A stretch of 64,000 nucleotides of DNA from an uncultured delta proteobacterium (GTDB taxonomy: Bacteria; Myxococcota; Myxococcia; Myxococcales; Anaeromyxobacteraceae). The stretch lies in contig CAVYBH010000012.1 of NCBI GenBank assembly GCA_963766715.1, forward strand, positions 128,001-192,000, given 5' to 3'. The translations under genes were made by a program, and so were the position numbers. The notes under the pieces are model-generated. The model was not told the origin of the DNA and ran no database searches. It saw only the letters and a list, made by a program, of their open reading frames with translations. This document shows positions 54,823 to 64,000 of this stretch, one piece after another (position 1 is the first letter of the stretch; each line of letters opens with the position of its first letter).

Positions 54823-57628
54823 ATGGATCGTGCGCCCAGAGATGCCGAGGCCCGCACGCGCGAGCAGCGCGTGAACGCGGCCCGTCTGGAACTGCTGGAG
54901 CGCGATCCCCTCCGCGACCCTGAAGGACCTCCTCACCGCGACGCTCGACCTGGCCGAGGCGCTCACCGGCAGCCAGATCGGCTTCTTCCACTTCGTCGAG
55001 GAGGATCAGGCGACCCTCTCGCTGCAGGCCTGGTCCACGAACACGGTGGCGAGGATGTGCACCGCCGAGGGCGCCGGGGCCCACTACCCGATCGACCAGG
55101 CCGGCGTGTGGGCCGATTGCGTCCGGCGGGAAGGCCCGTCGTGCACAACGACTACGCGTCCTTGGGCACCAGGAAGGGCTTGCCGCCCGGGCACGCCCGC
55201 GTCGCTCGGGAGCTCACCGTGCCCGTGCTGCGCGCCGGCCGGGTGTGTGCCGTCCTCGGCGTGGGGAACAAGCCCGTCGATTACGACGAGCGGGACGTGG
55301 AGGACGTCGCCAATCTCGCCGACCTCGCCTGGGACATCGCCGCACGCAAGCGCGCCCAGGACGGCCTGCGCGCCAGCGAGGAGCGCTACCGGGACCTCGT
55401 CGAGCTCTCGCCCGACGCGATCTTCGTGAACCGGGCCGACCGGGTCGAGTTCGCGAACCGGGCGGCCCTCTCGCTCTTCGGCGCGGAGCGGGCCGGGCAA
55501 CTCGTCGGCAAGCCCATCCTGGAGCTCTTCCACCCCGGTTCGCACGCCCTCATCCGGGAGCGCATCGCCAGGCTCCTCGAGGGGGAAAAGGTGCCCATGG
55601 TCCGCGAGCGGGTGATCCGCCTCGACGGAACGGTCCGCGACGTGGAGGTGGCGGCGGCCTCGTTCCGCGATGCCCGGGGAATCGCCATCCAGGTGGTCCT
55701 TCACGACGTGACGGAGCAGCTGCGTCGCGAGTCGGCCCTGCAGGCCAGCGAGGCGCAGTTCCGGGAGCTGGTCCGGTTCCTCGCGGTCCCGATCGCCCTC
55801 AGCGATCCCCAGGGCCGGATCGTCCTCATCAACGACCGCTTCACCGAGGTCCTGGGCTACACGCCGGAGGACATCCCCACGGTGGAGGCGTGGTTTCCCG
55901 CGCGCCTATCCGAACCCGGCCTACCGCGCCCAGGTGAGGGAGACGTGGGGCGCGGCCGTCCGGCGGGCGGCCGCGGCCGGAGGGGAGATCGCGCCGGAGG
56001 AGTACCGGGTCACGTCGAAGTCCGGCGACGTGCGGGCCATGGTCATCTCCGGCATGCCGGTCGGGGAGAACCTCCTCGTCACCTTCGTGGACGTCACCGA
56101 GCGGAAGCGCGCCGAGGAGGAACTGCGCCTCCAGCAGAGCCGGCTCGACCTCGCCGTCCGGTCCGGAAGGGCAGGGCTCTGGGACCTGGACCTGGCGTCG
56201 GGCCAGGCCTGGCGCACGCTCCAGCACGACCGGCTCTTCGGCTACGACGAGCTCCAGCCGACCTGGGGAGCCGAGGAAGCCATTCGTCACGTCGTCCCCG
56301 AGGATCGCCCCGTCTTCCTGAAGGCCTTCGAGGACGCGCTCGCGAGCGGGCACTTCCACTACGAGCTCCGCATCGATCCGCACGCCGGGCCGCGGCGCTG
56401 GATCGAGGCGACCGGGGAGGTGTACCGGGACGAGGACGGACGAGCCGGTCCGGATGGCGGGAACGGTCGTGGACGTCACCGATCGCAGGCTGGCCGAGGA
56501 GGCGATCCGGTCCGCGTCCGCCTACGCCCGCAGCCTGATCGAGGCGAGCCTCGATCCGCTGGTGGTCATCGGCCCGGACGGGAAGGTCACCGACGTGAAC
56601 GCGGCGACGGAGGCCATGACCGGCGTGCCGCGCGGCCGGCTCGTCGGCAGCGACTTCGCCGACTACTTCACCGAGCCCGAGAAGGCGCGTGCCGGCCTGC
56701 AGCGCGTGCTCTCCGCCGGGGCGCTCCGCGACCACTCCCTCACGATCCGTCATGCGAGCGGCCGGACCACCGAGGTGATCTTCAGCGCCTCGGTCTACGC
56801 CGGCCCGGACGGCAATGTGCGGGGCGTCTTCGCCGCCGCGCGGGACGTCACCGAGCTGCGCGCCCTCCAGGCCAAGGTCGCCCTGTCGGCGCGCCTGGCG
56901 GCGATGGGAACGCTGGTGGCGGGCGTGGCGCACGAGATCAACAACCCGCTGGCCGCGGTGATGGCAGGCCAGGGGCTGACGCTGGAGACGTCCCGCGAGC
57001 TGCGGAAGCGGCTCCAGGATCGCATGCTCCTCGACCCCGAGACCGAGATCCGGCAGCTCGACGAGGGGATCGAGGCCCTGGAGGACGCATGGGAGGGCGG
57101 GCAGCGGATCGCGGGCATCGTCAAGGAGCTGGCGGCGATCGCCCGGCCCGACCCGACGCGAGAGCGGGTCCGGCTCGCCGACGTCGCGGCCCAGGCGGTC
57201 CGCTGGGTTCGTCCGTTCCTGGACGACGGACCTCGCCATCGTGGTGCAGGACCTGGGCGCCCCCGACGTCCTGGCCGCGGCCAGCCGGATCGAGCAGGTG
57301 GTCGTGAATCTGCTGACGAACGCAGCCAAGGCCACCGCGCCGGGAAAGCAGGCCGAGGTCGTCGTCCGGGTGGGGCCCGGCGCGCCGGGCCAGGCGCGCG
57401 TCGAGGTCATCGATCGCGGCGCGGGCATCCCTCCGGCCATCCTCGACCGGATCTTCGAGCCGTTCTTCACCACGCGCCAGGTGGGGAAGGGAAAAGGGCG
57501 CCGGGCTCGGCCTCGCCCTGAGTCACGCGATCGCGACCTCCCACGGCGGAACGCTCACGGCGGAGAGCGCGCTGGGCCAGGGCTCGACGTTCCGCCTCGA
57601 CCTGCCCGCTGCGCCCGGAGGGACTTGA
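54823..57628 (+). CDS. GAF-multiPAS histidine kinase (many frameshifts; possible pseudogene)
   Basis: GAF, four PAS-like segments, GVAHEINNPL, NLLTNA, DRGAGI, FEPFFTT, spread across frames. Confidence 0.8.
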
Positions 57629-57727
57629 GCGCATCCAGGTTTCGGTGTCCGAGATTGGCCGTGGCTCGTCCACTGGTTGCAGGTCTTCGGGAGCGTGAGG
57701 AACGTCGGCGGGCCCAGGGGGCTGGGC

Positions 57728-60588
57728 ATGAACCCACAAAGGACGAGCGCAAGACGCTGCGGTCGAGAGCCGAGGCGAAGCTGGCTTGCAGGCGGCGTCG
57801 CCGGCGCCGCCGGCCGTGGACTCGTCCGCGCTCGTCCACGAGCTCCAGGTCCACCAGATCGAGCTGGAGATCGCAGAACGAGGAGCTCCGGCGGGCCCAG
57901 CTCGAGCTCGAGGAGGCCCGGGACCAGTTCGTCGACCTGTACGATTTCGCCCCGGTCGGCTACCTCACGCTCGACCGACGGGGAGTCGTCACCCGGGCCA
58001 ATCTCGCGGGAGGGCAGCTCTTCGGCGATGAATCGGGCCCAGCCTGGTGGGGCGCCCGTTCGCGAGCCTCGTCTCGCCCGGCGAGCGCCGACCGATGGCA
58101 TCTGCTCGTTCGCGTCCCAGCTGCGGAGGCCCGACGAGCGGCAGGTCTGCGACCTCGCGCTGCGGCGCGGCGACGGATCGGAGTTCGAGGGTCGCCTCCT
58201 CTGCCGGTTTCGCGCGCTCGACGACGCGGCCGCCGCCGTGCAGGTCGCCATCACCGACGTCACGGTGGAGAAGCGGGCCCAGGCGCTCGCCCTGGCGCCC
58301 GAGCGGATGGTGGCCCTGCGAGCCGCCATCGACGCGCTGCCCATCGGCGTGACCCTCGTCGAGCTCGCGCCGGACGACACGCCGCGCTTCGTCACGCACA
58401 ACTCGGCGTACGACCGCAACTCGGCCTCCATCTCGCCCGCGGCGTCGAGCGTACGAGGAGCTTCCCGTCGAGATCTTCAGGCCCGATCGCGTCACCCCGG
58501 TGCACGGCCCTGGAGTTCCAGGTCCCCGAGCCGCCCTGACGGGAGAGACGGTGTCCGACGTCGAGATCCACGCCTTCGGGGACGGAGCGTGGAGGGTCTT
58601 CTCGGTGAGCGCCGCCCCCATCCCGAGGAGCGACCCCGCCGACCCGCGCCGCGCCGTCGCGGTGCTCCTCGACATCACCGAGAGGGTGGAGCAGGCCAAG
58701 CAGGTCGAGGCGGTGAAGGCCCGGCTCTCCCGCGTCCTCGACGGGTCGAACGACGCCTTCTTCGACTGGGACCTGCGGACCGGGCGAGGTGAAGTACAGC
58801 CGGAGCTTCGCCACCCTGCTCGGATACGACCTCGCCGAGCTGGAGCCGAGCGCGGCGACCTGGATCTCCCTCATCCACCCCGACGACCGGAAGATCGCCC
58901 GGGAGGCCGCCGGGCGGCACGAGCGAGGGGAGGCCGAGCAGTACCTGGCCGAGGTCCGGCTGCGCCACAAGGACGGACGGTGGATCTGGGTCTCCTCCCG
59001 CGGAAAGATCGTGGAGCGGGACGCCGAGCGGCAAGCCGCTGCGCATGTCGGGGACCAACACCGACGTCCGCGTGCGCAGGCGGGCGGAGGAGGCGCTCCG
59101 GGAGAGCGAGAGCCGCTTCCGCATCGTGGCGAACCAGACGCCGGTCGGCATCTTCCAGCTCGACGCGCGGAGCCAGGTCGTGTTCTTCAACCGGGCCTTC
59201 GAGGAGATGACGGGGTGCCCGGCCGCCACGACGACCAACGTCGAGCTGAAGGCGCTCCTCCACCCAGCCGACCTGGAAGGGTCGTCGGGGTCTGGCGGGA
59301 GAGCGTCGAGGCGACGCTCGCCCCTCTCGGTCGAGCTCTCGCCTCCGGCCCAGCGGGAGGCCGGCGATCTGGGCGCGATTCTCCGCTGCCCCGATCCAGG
59401 ATTCGTCGGGCGCCGTCGTGGGATCGGGTCGGCGCGCTCGTCGACGTCACCGAGGCCCGCAAGGCGGCGGCCTACGCGCGAAGCCTCATCGAGGCGAGCC
59501 TCGATCCGATGGTGACCTTCGGTCTCGACGGAAAGATCACCGACCTGAACGCGGCGACGGAGGCCGCGATCGGGCTTGCCGCGCGATCGAATCGTCGGAA
59601 CCGAGGTCGGCAACTACAGCGCCGACCCCGAAAAGGCCCGCGCCGGCTTCCGGCAGGCGCTGGCCGCCGGAAGCGTCCGGGACGTCGCCCTGCGCATCCA
59701 GCCACGTGAGCGGCCGGGGCACCGACGTGATCTTCAACGCGACCGTCCTCCGCGACCAGGACGGGGAGGTGCACGGCGTGCTGGCCGCCGCGCGCGACGT
59801 CACCGAGGTCCGGGCCCTGCAGACCCAGCTCGAGATGGCTCGGCCGGCTGGCGGCGATGGGAACGCTGGTGGCGGGCGTCGCGCACGAGATCAACAACCC
59901 GCTGGCAGCGGTGATGGCCGGGCCAGGGGCTGACGCTCGACGCGGCCCGGGCCATGAGGAGGCGGCTCCACGAGCGGTCGATGAAGGATCCCGAGGCGGA
60001 GATCCGGGACGTCGACGACGTGATCGAGGCGATGGAGGACGCCCGGGACGCAGGGCTGCGCATCGCGCGGATCGTCAAGGACCTGGCGGCCATCGCCCGG
60101 CCCGACCCGAGGCGGTCGCGAGTCCGGCTCGTCGACGTCGCGGCCCAGGCCGTCCGGTGGGTGCGCCCGCTCGTCGAGCGGGACGCCCGCATCGAGCTGC
60201 GGGACGAGGGGGCTCCGGACGTCGCGGTCGCCGTCGGCCAGGTCGAGCAGGTGGTCGTGAACCTCCTGACGAACGCGGCGCGCGCCACGCCCAGGGGGTC
60301 GAAGGGCGAAATCGTCGTCCGGGTCGGTCCGGGAGCTCCCGGGATGGCGCGGCTGGAGGTCATCGACCGCGGGGAGGGCATCGCCCCCGAGATCGTGGAC
60401 CGGATCTTCGAGCCGTTCTTCACCACGCGCCAGGTCGGCCAGCGACCGGGGGCCGGGACTCGGTCTCGCCGTATGCCACGCCATCGCGGAGGCGCACGGC
60501 GGTACCCTCGGCGTGGAGACCGGTCTCGGACAGGGCTCGACCTTCCGGCTCGAGTTGCCCGTCGCGCCGGACGACTGCACCTGGGTAA
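57728..60588 (+). CDS. MultiPAS histidine kinase (many frameshifts; end approximate; possible pseudogene)
   Basis: HELQVHQIELE..NEELR, LYDFAPVGY, several PAS/PAC, GVAHEINNPL, NLLTNA, DRGEGI, GQGSTF. Confidence 0.78.
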
Positions 60589-60597
60589 CCTGTCGGC

Positions 60598-62115
60598 GTG
60601 CCCCCCGACCGGAGACCCGCGCCACCGCGAGGCCGACGACGAGCGACCGCGGCCGTCGCGGTCGTGATCCTCGCTCTCCGCGGCCGCCGCCACCTGGCAG
60701 GCCACGCGGCGGACGCCGCCCGCCCCGCCTCCGGTGCCCGCTCCGGAACCCATCGCGCCGCCGCCGGCGCCACCTCCCGGCAGCGGAGGTCCCCGACCCC
60801 CGGCCGCGCCTCGTCGCGGCCCGCGCGAGCCTCACGTGCGGAGGGGCCACCGGCGAGGCCGTCTTCGTCGCCCCGGACCGCGCGCTGGGCTCGCTCCCGT
60901 GCCCGGAGGGGCAGGGACAGCTCCACCTCTCCGACGGCCGCGACCTGCTCGCCCGGACCGCCCCCGGAGCGCCTGCCGGCACCTCGATCCTCGACCTTCC
61001 GGGCGCGGCGGCGCCGTTCGTGCCGCCGGGCGCCTCGACTGCCCTGGCGGAGGGTGCGCCGCTGCTCGTCGGCCTCGAGGGAGGAGGGCCGGCGGTGATC
61101 GGAGAGGCCTCGGCGCGCGGGTACGCCTCCGTGGCGGGGGTGGCGCTCCTGCGGGCCGAGGACGCGGCCGGGCCGCTGGCCGGCCCCGTGCTCGACGCGC
61201 GCGGAAGCCTGGTGGGGGTCGTCCCGTCCTCCCCCCCGGATCCCGGGCGCCCGTGGCTGGCGGTTCCCGTCGAGGCGTTCGCCGGACCGCTCGGGCGAGA
61301 GGCGACCGATGCCTGGCGAAGGGCCGCAGAGGAGGCCGCCGACGTCGAACGGCGCGCCCAGGGCGATCTGTGGGGCCGGCTCCGGGGGCCGGCGGCGGTG
61401 CTGCTCGCCGCCGTTCCGGGTTCCGACGGGCTGGACCTCTTCGTGGTCCGCGCCGTGGCGGGGCGACCTCCGGCGGAGACGGTCCGCCTGATCCTCGACC
61501 CGCCGGTGCGCGGCTGCACGCTCCTCGGCCGGATCGGCGACTGGAGCACGGGCCCGCGCGCCTTCCAGGGGACGCCCGTGCCCGCCGAGGTGCTCGGGCG
61601 CCTGAGCCGCCTCGTCGCCCCGGCAGGCGGGGGCTCCGTCTGGATGGGGCGGGGCCAGGCACGGCTCGACTGCGATCTCTCCGGGGTGGCCGAGGACGCG
61701 ACCCTGGCCGTCGAGGGGAGCGACCCGGTCGTCCCGGTGCCGTTCCCGCGTGCGGGGCTTGCCGATGCCCTCGGCTCGCGGGGAGCGCAGCGGGGCCGAG
61801 TCGGCGCGGCAGGAGAGCCAGGCAGCCGCCCAGGACCTGGCGGCCCGGGCCGAGGAGGAGGCCGCGCGGGAGATTGGCTGGCGCGACGCCTTCCGGGAGG
61901 CGAACGCCCGCATCGCCCGCGCCAGGGAGCAGGTCCGGGCGATCCAGGCCCAGCGGGACGACGCCCGAGGCAACTTCCAGTACGTCCTGGAGGAGCAGCT
62001 GAACGGGGACCTCGAGGCCGCCCGCCTGGAGGTGAAGCGGGCCGAGATGGCCCTCGACGACCTGGACCGGCGCGCCTCGCTCGACGCCGTGCCGCGCGCC
62101 TGGCGCCGGGAGTAG
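60598..62115 (+). CDS. Membrane-anchored hypothetical protein with degenerate trypsin-like segment and coiled-coil end (frameshifted)
   Basis: TM, Pro linker, AGPVLDARGSLVGVV motif, C-terminal WRDAF...VPRAWR coil. Confidence 0.55.
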
Positions 62116-62180
62116 GATTCCGGGACGATTCGGCGTCACGTTTCGGCCCCTCGTCGGTAAAGGGAGGGAGACCGGACACC

Positions 62181-62762
62181 ATGCGACTCCCCTGGCCCAT
62201 CCGCGAGGCGCGACTCGGCCGGCTGGCCGCCCTGGCAGGCAAGGGCGATCGGGCTGCCGTGGTCGCCCTGTTCCGCGCCCTGCATCCGGACGTCGCCCGG
62301 TTCGTGGGCCGCCGGGTGGCGTCGAGCGCCGACGCCGAGGATGCGGTCGCCACCACGTTCCACCGCCTGCTCGAGTCGCTCGACCGGATCGACGGCGCGC
62401 GCGGGTCGGTGACGGGCTACGCCCTCGCGGTCGCCCGAAGCGTGCTGTCGGACGGCGGCCGGTCCAGGCGCGAGGCCTTCCGGCTCGAGGACGCCCCGGA
62501 GCTCCAGGATCCCCGCGCCGACGCGCTCGGCCGCCTCCTCCAGGGCGAGGCCGAGGCGCAGCTGCGCCGCTGCCTGGCGGCGCTGCCCCCGGAGACGCGG
62601 GACCTGCTCGCGCTTCGATTCGCCGACGGCCTGCGGTGGTCCGAGATCGCGGCCATCCTCGGGGACTCGGAGTCCGCGCTCCGGCAGCGGTCGTCCCGGG
62701 CGCTGCGGGAGCTCCGGGAGTCCCTGCGGGAGCCGGCCAGGAAGGAACTCGCCCATGAGTGA
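62181..62762 (+). CDS. ECF sigma factor
   Basis: GDRAA..LF, DAEDAV..TF, LPPETR..LALRF.DGL.W.EIA.ILG; GGAGGGAG RBS. Confidence 0.9.
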   Translation: MRLPWPIREARLGRLAALAGKGDRAAVVALFRALHPDVARFVGRRVASSADAEDAVATTFHRLLESLDRIDGARGSVTGYALAVARSVLSDGGRSRREAFRLEDAPELQDPRADALGRLLQGEAEAQLRRCLAALPPETRDLLALRFADGLRWSEIAAILGDSESALRQRSSRALRELRESLREPARKELAHE

Positions 62763-63564
62763 AACGATTGCGGCGTGGCTGCGCCGAAAGGCCCGTCCCC
62801 CGGTCCTCCCGGGGGCGGCGCATCGGGATTCCCTGGAGAAGGACCTCGCCGCCCGGTTCGGTGCGGCACGAAAGGAGCAAAACATGTGGACCGTACTGCT
62901 TCGCGCCGGAGTGGCCGCCGGACTGCTCGTGGCCGTTGGGGCCGGGGCGTCGCAACTCCCCGCCACCTACCAGGCCGAGATCGGCAAGCGCATCGAGATC
63001 CGGACGCCTGCGCCGCCGGGGCCGGAGGCCGTCCAGGCGGCGGTGAAGTCCATCGAGGGAGGAGCGCAGGCGGGGAAGCGGGAGATCCAGGTCCGCGTGC
63101 GCGTCACACGGGAACCCGGACAGGACGTGCTCACCCGCATCGACGCCTTTGGCGACACCATCGGCCTGGAGGGGATCCCCGACGCCATCCGCGCGTCCGC
63201 GTCCGCCTTCGCCGGGGCCCGGATCACGATCCAGCCCGTGGAAGGCCCCGTGGAGGGCGACCTCGCCGGGCTCGTGGGAACCCGGGTCCTGGGTGAGCGG
63301 CTCAACGAGGCCCAGGTCGAGGCAGCGGTGAGGAAGCTGGAGGCGGATGCCGCCCGGCTCGACGCCGACGCGGCCCGCCTGGACGCCGAGGGACGACGGC
63401 TCGAGGCAGACGAGGCGCGGCTGGGAGCCGAGGTCCGGCGCCGGATGGCCGCGGACGGGACGCCCGGCGAGGTCCAGGTCGAGGTGAAGGACGGGCCAGA
63501 TGGCCAGGTACGCCGGGAGGTCCGGGTGATCGTGACGAAGGAGAAGGAGGAGCCCGCCCGGTAG
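62755..63564 (+). CDS. Putative anti-sigma factor / membrane protein
   Basis: Overlaps the sigma stop; short N-domain, single TM, extracytoplasmic domain. Confidence 0.65.
   Translation: MSETIAAWLRRKARPPVLPGAAHRDSLEKDLAARFGAARKEQNMWTVLLRAGVAAGLLVAVGAGASQLPATYQAEIGKRIEIRTPAPPGPEAVQAAVKSIEGGAQAGKREIQVRVRVTREPGQDVLTRIDAFGDTIGLEGIPDAIRASASAFAGARITIQPVEGPVEGDLAGLVGTRVLGERLNEAQVEAAVRKLEADAARLDADAARLDAEGRRLEADEARLGAEVRRRMAADGTPGEVQVEVKDGPDGQVRREVRVIVTKEKEEPAR
63340..63444 (+). repeat. Five degenerate 21-bp coding repeats
   Basis: EADAARL DADAARL DAEGRRL EADEARL GAEVRRR. Confidence 0.75.
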
Positions 63565-63656
63565 CTCCGGGCCCGGAGGGATCGCCGTCCGAAACGGCGA
63601 GCCGATTTCGGCCGGGCGAGGTAGACTTCCGGCCCCTCCGGGACCGAGGAAAACCT

Positions 63657-64000
63657 TTGCCTTCCGTCACGCGCATCGAGGTCGGGACCCGTCCCGGCTT
63701 CACAGACAGCCTGGGTAGCTCCGTCGCCCGCCGGATCAAGGAACACCTCGGGCTCGCCCCCGGGCGGGTCCGGACCCGGGACGTCTTCCACGTCGAGGCC
63801 GCGCTCTCCCCGGCGGAATCCGAGGCGGTGGCCCGGGAGTTCGCCGGCCCGATCGTGCGCCAGGGCGCCGTGGGACGCCTCGACGACGGCCCGTTCGGCG
63901 TCGCCGTCTCGGTGGGCTACAAGCCGGGCGTCACCGACCCGGTCGCGAAGAGCGCCCGGGTGGCGATCGAGGACCTGCTCGGCCGTCCCCTGGGCGAGGG
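63657..64000 (+). CDS. purL: Phosphoribosylformylglycinamidine synthase N-terminus (PurS-like domains; 3' partial)
   Basis: TTG after GAGGA; RIEVG.RPGFTD..G and VGYKPGVTDPVA; frame open to the window end. Confidence 0.75.
   Translation, partial: MPSVTRIEVGTRPGFTDSLGSSVARRIKEHLGLAPGRVRTRDVFHVEAALSPAESEAVAREFAGPIVRQGAVGRLDDGPFGVAVSVGYKPGVTDPVAKSARVAIEDLLGRPLGE

Noticed and set aside
60513..62762. Kinase tail-hypothetical-ECF sigma fusion ORF
   Set aside because: Chance frame continuity through indels; the sigma has its own RBS and ATG at 62181 and the upstream gene stops at 62115
50678..63600. tRNA-anchored genomic island
   Set aside because: No integrase, no duplicated tRNA 3' end found, no obvious compositional shift

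Overview
Very GC-rich, gene-dense bacterial chromosome segment. Gene content and order (ppiD-mreCD-mrdA-rodA-trxA, ccsA-hemACD, MerR-asgB-purHDE-lptFG, Ser/Thr kinases) point to Myxococcota, most like Anaeromyxobacter (inference from synteny and protein motifs). Bases 1-50.8 kb are mostly housekeeping: AddAB-type helicase-nuclease, class I aldolase, cell-shape, heme and purine genes, class II RNR, a two-subunit flavo/Fe-S oxidoreductase abutting proC, and tRNA-Ala(GGC). Bases 50.8-63.6 kb are more accessory: an OmpA/Pal-domain protein, a secreted Zn-phospholipase-C/P1-like protein, two paralogous multi-PAS histidine kinases and an ECF sigma/anti-sigma pair, followed by the start of purL. Many genes, including essential ones, carry single-base indels that look like long-read errors, so several ORF-track fusions are artefacts. 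No CRISPR, integrase or transposase was seen. Best leads: an unannotated 37-aa Lys/Arg-rich protein with strong expression signals; a PLC/P1-type enzyme with a possible C-terminal beta-barrel; a proline-dehydrogenase-like pair linked to proC; a catalytically degenerate PHP protein with an RGG tail; an anti-sigma with an internal in-frame start; a MerR-type operator upstream of asgB; and apparently frequent leaderless genes.
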